The notes beneath the pieces are model-generated. The model was not told the DNA's origin. It worked only from the letters and a program-made list of their open reading frames with translations, and did no database searches. From Eimeria praecox (taxonomy: Eukaryota), in the NCBI GenBank assembly GCA_963920595.1, contig OY986948.1:992001-1056000 (forward strand): a stretch of 64,000 bases of DNA, given 5' to 3'. How positions within the stretch are numbered: the stretch's first letter is position 1; every line of letters starts with the position of its first letter. This document shows positions 1 through 16,052 of this stretch, in pieces. Position numbers and translations under genes: made by a program.

Positions 1-76
1 AAGTTACATATGTCATCAAATGCGCACAGTGTGCATTCTTCGTTCGTTCCGCTGAAGAGGAGGGTGAACAACATAC

Positions 77-2145
77 CTCCATTTCAAAGTGTCCAACCAT
101 CGGAATAATGCGTTTTTCTTTTGGTTTTTCTGCACTGCAGCAGGCAGAAAGCACAATCCGGTGTCACGGGACCGTTACTCAGCCGCTGGCCCCGACATCT
201 TGTGTACATAAAGGGGTTCGAAAGTCTAAACACATTCCTTCTACCTTTGTGCCCAAATGTTCGGAGCGGAGGGAGGTCAGCTGTTCAAAAGCCACGTCCA
301 TAGGATGAGACCGCAATTCTTACAACCATCGTGCGCTCGCTCAAAAAACGCAGCTAGTCCAGCTGAGAATCGGAAAGCCCAACGCACTCATACCTGTTGA
401 AGTAGCTGATAAACGTCGATGTTGACGTAAACCCGTCTTCATCTCCATGAATGAATAATTTAGGCTTAGAGGACTGCAATATTTTCTTGTAGTGCCCCCT
501 GCATCAATGCAGCATCAGTACCCGTAAGCTGTATCGGCCTAGAGCATGCAGCTCCTGACTTGAGTTTATTTGAGCTGTACTGTCATTCTTATCTCTCGCT
601 ACAGAGAGCAAGGGGGGGTCTTTGCAGTGCAGCTGCTCCCCACCTAAACAGGACTGATGCCGCCAAGCCAAACACATAACCAATTCCAACATAACCGCGG
701 ATTTCTTGCAGCTGCTCGACGGCACTCCCTGCAGCCATTAACCAACCTCATTGTCTTCATCAGCGACCAAATACGCAACACATGCAATCACAACGAGCCA
801 AGCGGCTCACTGCTTTAATGACACCGGTCACAAGCTGCCTGCATACTGACGGCGTAGAATCTTACCACCAATCGGGGCCCCTGCCGACGATCCAACAATG
901 ACAATATTTTGAGCTTTAAGATACTTTACGCACCAAGAACACGCTGCAACAACATCCTCCGTCTCTTTGTGGCCCGTCAGCGTCCGCCTGCGGCATTCAT
1001 TCATCAGAAACATGTAAGCAGGTCTTCGGCTATTGTCCTGCGAAAGTTAAAAGGGCTTGCACACACCCCCAAATGCGAAATAATGACGGTGAGTTCCATA
1101 GGCAATACTGCTGCGGCTGCGTGGGGCGATTAGGAGAAACGAAAGTGCATGCGTTATATAGATGTATGCAAATGCAAATGACCATGTACTATATACAGCG
1201 CATCTGTGCACGTACACGCATATCTGCATTTGGGCGTGTATAAACATAACGCATATGCAAGTATGAATATATATCTGTACGTGTGTGGGGCTGACCAGCC
1301 TGTAGAACGGTTTACTCCTCGAAGATCAAAAGTTAATGCGGGGACTCCTCGTTGGGCTACGAGCGTCGCCATGCCAGCCATAAGGGCACTCGAAAGCAGA
1401 GCAGCCAAAACAGAAACGACGATGGGTTTCAGGTTGTTCATAGTACTTTAATAGACGGGTAGTCTACTTCTTACATATACACACGATAAGAAATGATTCA
1501 ACACGCCGTTAGAACTTAAGCTTCATGGTTTCCGAGTAGCTCCTCACAGGCTCGTAGGTGGATTGCTACACTGCAGATATGCGCGCCTAATGAAGCTAAA
1601 TTTCTTCAAAGACCACAATATCCAGAAGCAAAGGTCATTTTCAGTGTATGTGGATAGGTATATGTGCCAACGGGGTGCTCAGTTTATTCTGGATACGCTT
1701 AACGCCTGAAGGTGGTCTCTTGTATAGTGTTATTGAGCTAACATCAACTTTAACCAGAGGCAAGGATTACTTCTGCCTTCCTACTAAAGTCAAGTAGTAT
1801 AAAGGAGTACCCATCTTACCTCGAGCCACCCATAATCGAATACTGATGGACGAAGACAACCATCGGGTTGTTGCCCACGACGTGGTTCAGAGCACGGGAT
1901 TGTATATCCACACTCTGCTCGGCCTCCGGACAGGATGAAGATTCCCCGGTGCTCAAACAGCTGACTGCTGAATCATGAGGAGGATCTGGGCACAACGTTG
2001 AACCCCTTAACACTGCCGGCCACCATATAATGCCGTGCAGTTCTCCCCCATCCGGGCGCTTGATACAAATGCGCTCCCTCGAGAAGCGGCAAGGAAGAAG
2101 TCCGTTTATTTTTGCTGCGTTACAGGCATTCAAACCAATATGCAA
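77..2145 (-). CDS. Multi-exon alpha/beta-fold hydrolase; 3' end runs off the window start and the 5' start is uncertain
   Basis: Spliced exons read NNPMVVFVHQYSIMGGS (~1820-1870), ALMAGMATLVAQRGVPALTFDLRGVNRST (~1300-1390) and EDVVAACSWCVKYLKAQNIVIVGSSAGAPIG (GxSxG nucleophile elbow, ~870-980). They continue GYVGIGYVFG (~650-730), KPKLFIHGDEDGF (~395-500) and IIPMVGHFEME (77-135). Ser-Asp-His occur in the expected order and GT-AG boundaries are visible. Confidence 0.8.
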
Positions 2146-3686
2146 GACTTTGCAGTTTCCAATGATCCTAAGTGGGTTTACAGGCGCATAGATGGTACCA
2201 CCATTTATGGTGTGATCCCCAAGTGCTTAAACGGAGGATTCTACTCTACAGCTAGCAAAGCGGGGGTCTCATTTATTTCCAGGTGGGCACATTTTATCGT
2301 CTTAACTCTTCAGGGTTTTCTCCCCCTGTGCGCATAAGCCCTGCCCGCTTTGCATTAAAGCGGAACGCTGTGAACGGGGCAGGGCTGCTCCAGTATGACT
2401 CCAAGCCACTCACCCATTTTCTGTTGGTTCCCAGTGAGTCCTAAAATGGTTTAAACACGTGACACACCAGCAGCTGAGAGTAGAGCTGCGGCGTTCAGCA
2501 TGTTGAACACTGCCCCTGCGGCTCGACGAAAAGGGGCGCCGAGATCGTAGCGTGAAGTGAGAAAGATGATATTTTCAGTGGTGTCTCGTTAGAAAAAAAT
2601 ACTGGGAGGGAATCTTCATGATAGATACACCCCTCTAAAGATATTTTGGCATATGGCGTTACGCCCGAAATGAGCCCCGCTCGTTCCATTGGCCCCACTG
2701 CCGACCGGCGAGCGCTGTCTAGAAGCCCTTAAATACTTATTGTCCCTGAGCATGGCATCACATCCCTCCTAGATTAAATTATAAAGACACAGACAAGCAG
2801 CTACGTACGACTTCGAAATGCTGCAGAAGCTGGCAGATAAAATGAGCCGACGTAGGGAGGCATCACGTTGCCCTTGCAGCACGGTCGCCCTCGAAACGCT
2901 TTATTTTCACGACTGCTCCTCCTAAGAAGCCACTTGTACCTTCCACACGAAGGTTATGTCAAAACTTGGGCGAAAGCAACGGATTTGAACAACCAATAAC
3001 GGGGAGCACCACACTGCCTTCAGCTGCACATCGTTAAACATGTACTTTAGTTGTCGCCATAGAGATCCAATTCCCGATAGTGGCGGTACATGTGGACAAG
3101 CTCGAAGCACCAGCCATAAAGTTCAAGGCGCCTTCATTACCTACGATGCAGCTGCAGCACTGCAGTACTTAACCGCCATCGACTCAAGCGGTGCATTTAA
3201 AGGCACATGAATGCACGCAAGAAATGCGCTCAAAGGCACATAAATGCAAACGAGCACATTTCAGCAAATGCATGAGGCATTTAAGCCTCATGCACTTAAG
3301 CTCTAAAAACCGCAACCACGTCCCAGCATGCTGATTGAGAAGCGAATTCGTCGACTGCTTCAGGAAACAGGATTTGAGCCCTTTAGATGCATATATATAC
3401 AGGCAACAATTTTGTACTTTCTCTTCTGTTTGTTTTTCAAACAACTGCTTCTGTTTAGATTTGCATTATTCTTTGCACTATAAAAACAAAGTTAATGGAA
3501 TTTCATATGGCATTCAGTCCCCCTACAGTCTCCTAATTGCTCAGCAAAAAAAAACTACAAAGTAATAATTTCCATCCCAATGGCCACAGAGCCGCATATG
3601 GCAATTATGAAGGCCTGGGCGGTTGAGAGATGCAGGAGCCACTGCTAAATGCTTGGAGTGCCCAAGTTTGCTTAAGGGTTTCAAGC

Positions 3687-7690
<4,004 letters not shown>

Positions 7691-8507
7691 TCATACGAGC
7701 AAAACAAGAAATGCGCGTCACAACATGTGTCTTTAATGGTATCCTGCACGTGTAGACGGAGTGTACACGCGCAGGTCCAGACCACGTGTCGAGACAGCTT
7801 TGTGATCGTTGGTGGTTCGACATAACACAACCCATATGTCAATCGCAAGCGATGCGAAAGAAACAAGCGCTCGCAAATTTAGCGCGAAGGACAGATAGCT
7901 ACATGAGGGAGGCCATCCTTGTGCCGACGATATGTTGGGTGCAGACTTAAGGTGGAAGGCAGATTCAAGGGAAATATTGACTCAGCGAGAGTGGAAAAAA
8001 TGCTGCACCTTCTGCTCTTCCTCCACTCGAAAGCGAAAGTGATAGAGGCGAAGAAATACTCCGGTCTTGCGGTCGGAAAGGCCGAAACGAGAAGAGTATA
8101 CACACGGAGGAAGCACAGAACAAAATAGCGAACACCTTCTCGTGGAGAATAATAATAATAATAAATATAGAGATGTGAATTCAATAATGGCCTGCTACGA
8201 TCAGAAATATCTGGTGAGATTTGAAGGCTAACTGCCAGCCCCGTTCCACTCACTGCATACAGCATAGCACGGATTTGCGTTCAGAAACTCATTCACCGGA
8301 GGAAATTTGTGAAACCTTTTCTCATTTGCAAGTAACTGCTGAGTTCATCATCTCGTCTTTTCCTGCAAGTACGCCAACTCAAGAAGAACGGGCAGCGCCG
8401 AGAGTGGCGGGGCAGAGCCCCCGTGTGTGTTGTATCGTGGCTGCTAGGAGTTTGTTTACTTCGTTGGTTTCGGGTTTGTTTGATTGGACCTCCAACTCGT
8501 TACTGTA

Positions 8508-9278
8508 ATGTTATCTCCAGTATCTGCTCCTCGTTGTGGCTACCCTCTGTTTAGAGGGTTGCACAGGGGCCTTTCGCCTCATCTCACCAGCCCAGCAACT
8601 CCAGCAGCGACTCCTGCGCCGCTGCTTCTCCAGAAACGCTTCCTTGGAAATGAAGTCAGAGGTCCTGACTTCGACCCCCTCAGCGTGAAGACCTGGAAGG
8701 TGAACACCGCCAAGGACTAATTTTCATCCCGTCTCTTTTTGGCTGTTAGCAACTCCTGGCTGCTAGGAATAGCAAAACCAATAGAGAATAGGATGAGTCA
8801 CATAGAATGCTCTCCAACGTAGATGCAACCAAGCAGGAGGCGAGCGCGCTTTTGCTTTGGTGCGGCTATACAATGCAAGTGAGGTAGCTGCACACTGCAT
8901 CACTTGAGAGATGAACTTTCAGATTTGTCTTGTGTTTTGCTGCAGCTGAAGCCGCATATCCAAGTGGTTACTGATGGCCTCTGTCGTCGAGCCCAGAGCT
9001 ACGGAGAGTTCAAGCAGTTTTGCGAGAGTCTGCGTTTGCTGCTGTTTGTCTTTGGCTCTGCTGCGATCACGGCAGATCTTCTCTTCTTCCACCCAACTCG
9101 TTCAGCGTACTGGCGTTCCTTATCCCCCTTACGGTGGCCTGGCCTCCTTCTATCGTCGTTCAGCGGCTCAAACGGTACAAATGGTATTTTTGATTTCGAG
9201 CGCGAGGGAATGACAGTTGACTCCGATGGCACCGTTAGAACTGCGGCATATGCTGCTTTCGAAAAGGTTCTGCTCTAG
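8508..9278 (+). CDS. Two-exon ~174 aa putative mitochondrial single-pass membrane protein of unknown family
   Basis: ATG at 8508. Exon 1 ends AAG|GT at 8699, and the acceptor TGCAG at 8945 gives an in-frame exon 2 to TAG at 9278. The basic, acid-free N-terminus ends LLLQKRFL, and there is a hydrophobic segment LRLLLFVFGSAAITADLLFF. Confidence 0.7.
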
Positions 9279-11170
9279 ATGCCCGCCTGCCTTCTGAGAT
9301 GTTCAGACATGTCAGAATGAATGGACCTAGAGGCCCATATCGGCTGCCCCAGCCACTTCTGTTTGACTCTAATGCTGAAATGGACAGAGGCAACCAAAGT
9401 CGACTGCCAATCTGGCAGAAGCCAGCGGGTAGAAGAGGCACCTGCGCGCTTTCCTCATTTTTGTTGTGTTGGACCATGTGGAGTAACAACTTTTAAAGGA
9501 CTGCAGGTGCAGTCACTAATCTTTTAATGCGTTTCCGTATGACGAAATAAAACTGCAGTGTGGTCTTGGAAATGAAACGCCTATGACCTCGACTGACTTC
9601 GTTGGTGCTTTGTCAAAGTTGAAGTTGAAGGTAGAACTACAAGAAACAGCAACTCTTGCATTCAAATAAGGAAATATATATCAATTTCGTTGCAGACAAA
9701 CCATAGCACCGTGGGCATACGGGTTGCTCTCTTGACTCATATAGCCTTCAGCTTCGATCTGGAAATGGTTAAAATTTCGCCAACAAATCCGACAGAATTC
9801 CAGGGTGGAGTATTTTAGCTTACCCTGTGAACCCGCGCATAATACACAGGGTTGTGGGGACTTCCCTGTGACTACATGCTGCGCACGTATCAGGGAACCG
9901 CCTCTTCATACAGTATATTTGCTTTTAATTTTATTTTTGTACTTCAAGTACATGGATGAAACGAGCTCTTCTTTAGCAATTACAACCCTTGCTTGCTCAA
10001 ATATGATCAAACTTGTTTCCCTTTCGTGTGTTGGCCGTTCGTATCCAAGTGCCATTGTCGTATTTGGAACAGCCAGACAGGCATTAGCCTTATCTAGCGC
10101 ACCCTATGAAGTTCAACTTGTCCCTCAGTGGGCTTCCGTTCGAGTTAAGTGTTCGAATTTGAAGTTAATACCGCCAAACTGGCTGCGCAGCCTCCTACTA
10201 GTTTCCTGTATTTACTTGCAAGTAAACTTGCTATTAACAGTTGAGGAATCATGTTGAAATCAGCTGATGAGTTTTGAGTATTTCGCATCTTAAGGACCCT
10301 CATACAAAGTCTGACAAGCTTGTTTACACCGCTTTGCACCTGCGTTTGAACTATGTGGCCGCATTACAAAAAGTCCGATTCCTTGACGAAACATTCAAAC
10401 CAAGCCATTCGGACTCGAAAAACTTTAGTCAGTAGCGAGAACTTCTTCACTTATTGTTCGCAGTCGGAGTATTCGCATCTGAATCGGGTTCTAGACGTTA
10501 GTTCCGTACTTCTAAGCCGAGCCGTGCCTTGGCTTCGACATTTATACCTACCATAATTAAGGCTGAAACGTTCAAGCGTTTCCGTTTGATTTAAACTAAA
10601 TTATGTTTTTGCTTGATTCGTATTCGAACTTGCAGATGGGGGTCCCAGACAGGCGGAGCGGCGGCTGTCGAAGCCTCTGCCGAAATGCCGTTGGGCTTTG
10701 TTCGTGTGAGTGGCGCGAACAAAAACTGCAGCCGCAAGCTCTTGCAGCGACTCTACGTGCAAATGATCTGCATTAGCGGGTGCGGCAGCAACACAGGAAT
10801 GCGCATGCATGTGCACACACATGCACAAACGTGCAAGCATGTGTGCAAATGAATGCAAATCTGCACTGATGTGCACGCATGAACCCGCCTGTGTACAAAG
10901 CTGCACATATGTGCACACATCGACGCGGATGTGCAGACAGGTGAATGTGCAAATGCGTGCGCACCACATGTGCACAGATGATTGCTGCTGTCTCTCAGCT
11001 TCAGTGGTGTCAAGACAGTCGGCTCTGTCCGTTCCTTCCGCTTCAGCTTCTGCATCCGTCAGAAACGGCTCCAATTCACATATAGGGGAATTTCGCAAAC
11101 AAATCTGCAGGAAATCTGCGAGAGATCTCGCGTCCGGGTGCTTGAAAGTAACAACGCATGGTGCTCCGTG

Positions 11171-14100
11171 TCAACATACGTCAGGAAAGCTGCAAATACA
11201 CACAAATCGGCAGACAAAAGCAGATGCACGCACGCCAGGGCATCCCTGCCAGGGCTTGTCCCCTGCTGCGCAGCCACAGCGGTAACAGCTCGTTGGCCCG
11301 CAGAAACGTCTTGAACAGGAGACGGAACGGAAAAGAGACAATGAAGGGCTGAAAGCTCCCAGAAGCTTCTGAGCCCTTGAATGCTTTGGGAACCTCGTGC
11401 TCTACAAATAAGATCTGCTGGGCACATTTCGAATCTACTGCAGCGTCTGCACGAATATACTGCAGCGTCTGTGCGCCTCACCGCCTGTCGAATGTGTTGT
11501 CACGGCACGGACTGTTGTTGCGGTTAGTGGAAGCCCCCAGCAGCAGAGCAGAGGCTGCGTCCCGCAGGGACCGTAGGCGCTGCTGTGCGCCACTTAGCTC
11601 TTGCACGAGATAGCGAGTTTCTTCTGTCTTTGCAGCGAGACTCTGCTGCAGCGTCTGCAGGAACAAAAGGTGCAGCATCAACAAAAACAGAATGCACAAG
11701 CAAAAGAAATGCCAACTTGCCCCATGATGCCTGAACAGCAAGAGAGCCACTGAAAATCACACCAGATGCTACCTATTATTGTTTCATAGAATTGCCTACA
11801 TCCATATGATGTGCAAGCGCGTTATTTGCAACACAATCCTTCAATGCTATTATTTATACACACAGCTCCTCCATTATTCTTGTCATTTCAAAAGCCATCC
11901 TTCCCTGGGTATGTGTTTATTTGCTCTTGTCTGTAACTATTTGTACTTATCATCTACTTGTGCTGGTGGCCTGTGGTATGCCTACCTGCAGCTTCTCGTG
12001 TTGTGCCTTCACGGCCCTGGCAAGCAGCAGTTTGTCATTCTGCAGCAACTCCACCCGCTTGGCTAGCTCTTGCCCTGCATCGCAGCGGCATCATGAAAAA
12101 TCCAGTTGTACATTTACCCCCTAAACCCACTAAAAGCCATTAATCTATTTAAAGGCACTAATGCATTCACAAGTACAAGAAAACAAAAGGCAGGAGAAAT
12201 CCGTCGCTGTGCCTGCAGTCAGGGGACTGCAGCTAGACAAAAGCAGAGATAGGCAGAGAGAAAAACCCGCGAAGAGAGACAACGACAGATGAAAGCAGAA
12301 ATTGAAAAAGAGAGACGAATACAGACGAAAAGGCCGAAGCAGCCAAAGAGAGACAATGACAAACAAACGAAAAAGAGGGAGTCAGGCCGTCAACACCTTC
12401 CTCCCTCGCAGCTTACTCTCCGCTTCTTTGGCGAGTTCAGCCTGAGAAGGTTCCTCTTGCTGTGCATGCGCCAGCTGCAAGGCATGCTCCTTCAGGAGCG
12501 CCGCTGCCTTTGCTTTGGCATCATCACCGCTAGTAGCAGTAACGATGGCCCATAGAAGCCTCTCTGCCACTTCATCGCACCAGGACTCCGGCAGCAAATC
12601 TCGGCCTAAAACTACCGGTCCTCGTTGCAAGCCTGCTGTTGCTCCTCCTTTGCTTGCTGCTGAATCAGCTGCTGCTGCAGCTGCTGCTGAGGACGGGGAG
12701 CCTGCTGCTGTAGGGGCGCCTGCAGCCGTGGACGTCGCAGGACCTGCAGCAGAAACTCTGCCTCCCAGCGGCTGTTGCTGCAGATGTGGCAGCGATTGCT
12801 CCTGCTGCTGGTGTTGATCTGCTGCTACTGCTGGTGCAGCAGTAGAGCCGCTAATGGGGCTTCCGTCCCCTATTTCCATTGAAGTGGAACCTCTCCTGCA
12901 GCCGTTGAGGACTGCGCCGGAGCCGAGGACTGCGCCGGAGCCGAGGACTGTGCCAGAGTTCTCAAGAGCCTCGAGGCAATCTGCATGCGCAACGTAATGA
13001 ACCAAAGATGAAGCATCTCCCTCGGTACACTGAGATAGTTAGTTTAAAGTCCACAACAGTGAGGACTGACTGAGGGCTCAGAAGCAGGAGATGCAACCGA
13101 ACATGCAAGCCAGACGCTCTCCACAGAACCCAAGGACGCACATGACAACAAAGCAAAAAGGGAATCTCCTCCTGCCGTTGCATGCAGTGTAGCGAGGCGG
13201 ATTTAACCGCCGCAGCTGCTTCTGGCGCTGCCTCTACTGCTGGTTTTGGAGATGCTGATACTGCTGCAGCAGCGAAAGTTGCAAAAGGGAGAAAGGGAGC
13301 AAACGCACCGTCAGGGCACCTCTTCCGCTTGGCCATGGGGCCCCCCGTTTTCGTGTTAAAGAGGCCCGTGTTGGTGTCGCTAACCACTCGAACGAGAGCG
13401 TGGGCCCTCTGCAAATCGTTGTCCGCAGTCTCCAGCAATGATACAATCAGCTGCAGCAAGAACAGCAAATGCCCCGAAAGTAAGCATGCAAACGCAAGCA
13501 CAGGCACCGCAACGCCCCTTGGACAAGGACACATACGCCGAGGCACACCAAGAATTTGAATGTATGCACAGCTGCAGGCGCACTGACCGACGTTCAAGCT
13601 CAGCTGACTAAAGCCGCATGTTATTAACAAAGAGTAATAACATTCGACTGATAAAAATAGTTGGATGGGAGACAAATAAAAAGATGCAAGCACCAACTCA
13701 AGAACTTGCCCCTTGATGAACAGACGGAAATGCCTTGCAAAGATCTGCCAAGTTAGCGGCAAAGGTTGGGGGCCTCCGGGGCCCTTCGAAGCAAACGATG
13801 CTACTTCTGGTGCTGCAGTTGGCGCTGTTGTTGCTGTCATTGTGGCAGGGACAGCTACAGGTCAAGCAGCAATCCTCTCCTCCCGCCTTGGGTGGCGAAG
13901 CAGCCGCTGTCGCTGCTGCCGCCGCTGCTGATGGTGCTGCTGCTGCTACTTCGGTAGCCCCCTCAGCCGCTGGAGAGGTAGAGCCCTGCGGGGACGGCTC
14001 GCAGGATGCTAGACGTCCTGCTGCTGTTCCTGGTGATGCTGCTGGAGCTGTTGAAGCCCCTCCTCCTGCACCATCAGCAGGCGAGCGGGAGGCCCCATCC

Positions 14101-14552
14101 GCTGGCTGAGGTTGCTTGCATAAACTGCAACAGGAAGGCACCGTGCGGGTTCTTTTGGATTCCACATGCAGTTGTTCCTTCAAATCAAAAGAGAGCTGCT
14201 GCATTTCCTGGCCCAGTGACCCCTCTGGCGCAGCTGCGCAGAATGAATCAGCTGCCGCAGAAGAGAGCGAAGGCCCCGCAGCCACAACGTAGGAAGGCGG
14301 CGGCTCCCCTACGGGCTCCCCTGCAACTCCCGGCCCCCTTGCACGGGTTTCCGTGCAGCGGGCAGTCTCTATGTCCCTCATGCGCTGCTCACAGACCTCT
14401 GGGGGAGCCACCAGGAGGGGCCCCCCTCGCTGCGGGGGCCGGATATGCAGCGAAGGGGCCCCTGAGAGGCCCTCTCGTCGTTCCCTAGGCGCCCCTGCGG
14501 ACAAGACAGAACTGCGCTCCCCCTGGGCTTCAAAAGAAGGACTCTGAAGCAT
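11171..14552 (-). CDS. CUE (ubiquitin-binding) domain and coiled-coil protein, multi-exon
   Basis: The spliced CUE-like segment reads LADLCKAFPSVHQ|LIVSLLETADNDLQRAHALV. It is followed by WCDEVAERLLWAIVTATSGDDAKAKAAALL, coiled-coil exons ELAKRVELLQNDKLLLARAVKAQHEKLQ and TLQQSLAAKTEETRYLVQEL, and a terminal micro-exon RFPDVC* (TGA 11171-11173). The start codon is uncertain. Confidence 0.7.
12905..12958 (-). repeat. 18-bp tandem repeat, 3 copies, encoding SG(T/A)VLG in the CUE gene
   Basis: gaggactgcgccggagcc is repeated and translates to SGTVLGSGAVLGSGAVL. Confidence 0.8.
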
Positions 14553-16052
14553 CCTCTCCTGGAAGACGAATACCAGAAATCCGACCACGTGTGGCGCGCA
14601 GGTGTATGAACACCTGAAAGCCACCACAAAGCAGCGAAGCCCGGACACGGGCAGCCACCGAAGGCTACGTCGCTTGTGGCCCTCTTTGTTGAGCAGAGTC
14701 AGGCAGTGCGGCCTCCCCCCCTGACTGACATAACAAGCTCGCTTGCTGCCATATGTACACCGAGACGCCGTGGGTGAGCATGCAGGGCCCTCCAGGACAA
14801 CGCACCGGCTTTACACACGGATTAGCAGCACTTGAAACAAACTTTCAGGCTGCCGAAGCGCTGAATTGTGAGGCAGAGGTCGCGGTGCGGCTGCTCTTGC
14901 ATGCAGACGACGCGGCCACCAGCGAGGCTGTATGGAGTTAAACGAGCAAAACGGAGAGTAAAAACGGACAAAAATTAAAAGGAAGAAGGATTTTAGCACT
15001 AATAAAACCGAAATAAAAGCAAATTCGTAAAACTTTCGCCACGGTTCAACTGCCGATTCACCCAGCGTGCTGGTACCCCGAGAGCGGTGCCTCTCTCGGG
15101 CCTCTGGGGCCCTCTTTGGCCTTGTGTGCATTGTTCGTCAGCACATACACGGATCTTCTATTTCTAATGAGTATATCTGAATTCATTTTGACGGTATTGA
15201 GTAACCATTGTTTCGAAAGGAGCCACAAACTTCGCAGGCACCGAAAAGGCTTGAGGTTGCCCCGTGCAGTCAGCTGTGGCGGCTCCGCGCGCTCCATTGA
15301 GCTGCTCATGTTCGGTTTTTCCGTGCAATAATTTCATTTGGGGAGGTTTTACTGTTTTGCTCTGTCTTTTCTTCTCATTTTCTCTTATATAGTTCATCTC
15401 TGACTTCATAGCGACCGCTCCATCGCCCAAGGAGGCCCCAGCGAGCCTCAACGCTTGAGGCTCACGTGCTCATGCTGTTTCCTCGCTTTGCTTCTGTTGT
15501 CTTTCCCTCGGAATGATGTGGAATACCATTATTTTTTATTTCGTTTGAATGTGGCGTGAAAGTTGGCGATTTTGAGGCTGAAGGACGGCTCGCTTGCAAA
15601 ATTTCAGTTTCTTTTGGTAGACACCAACGGTGCAGATGCCTCATTGTGTTGATGCTTATGCGTGTAGATGCAAGTCAAGTGTTTATGCTTATGTTTGTAG
15701 ATGCAGACCGGCTTTTGCCTAAGAGCGTTCAACCCCCATACCCCCTCATGTTCAGCTTTGGCCTGTCCCTGGCACCGCAGCCTTCTGGCGGCGGACTTGA
15801 TCTGCCGCAGCTCCGCATTTGTACTACCCTTTATATAATATTTCCGCTGTATTGCAGCATTGCATGTTTCTCTTGGTGTTTTCCTTGCCTCCTTTGGGCA
15901 TGGGGGCTGCTAGGTTCCTTCTAGCCCATTGCTGTCGATGAAATTCAGCAGCCGCCGCGCCAGCAGGAGCTGCCCCAGTCGATTATCTGTTGTTCAATCC
16001 TCTATCGTATTTCACTTAGAAGAATCAGTTGCTGCTTACCTACTGCTGCACA

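Noticed and set aside
10601..11160. Overlapping Cys/His-rich ORFs
   Set aside because: They arise from TGCA/CACA-rich low-complexity DNA downstream of the CUE gene stop, with no domain signal.
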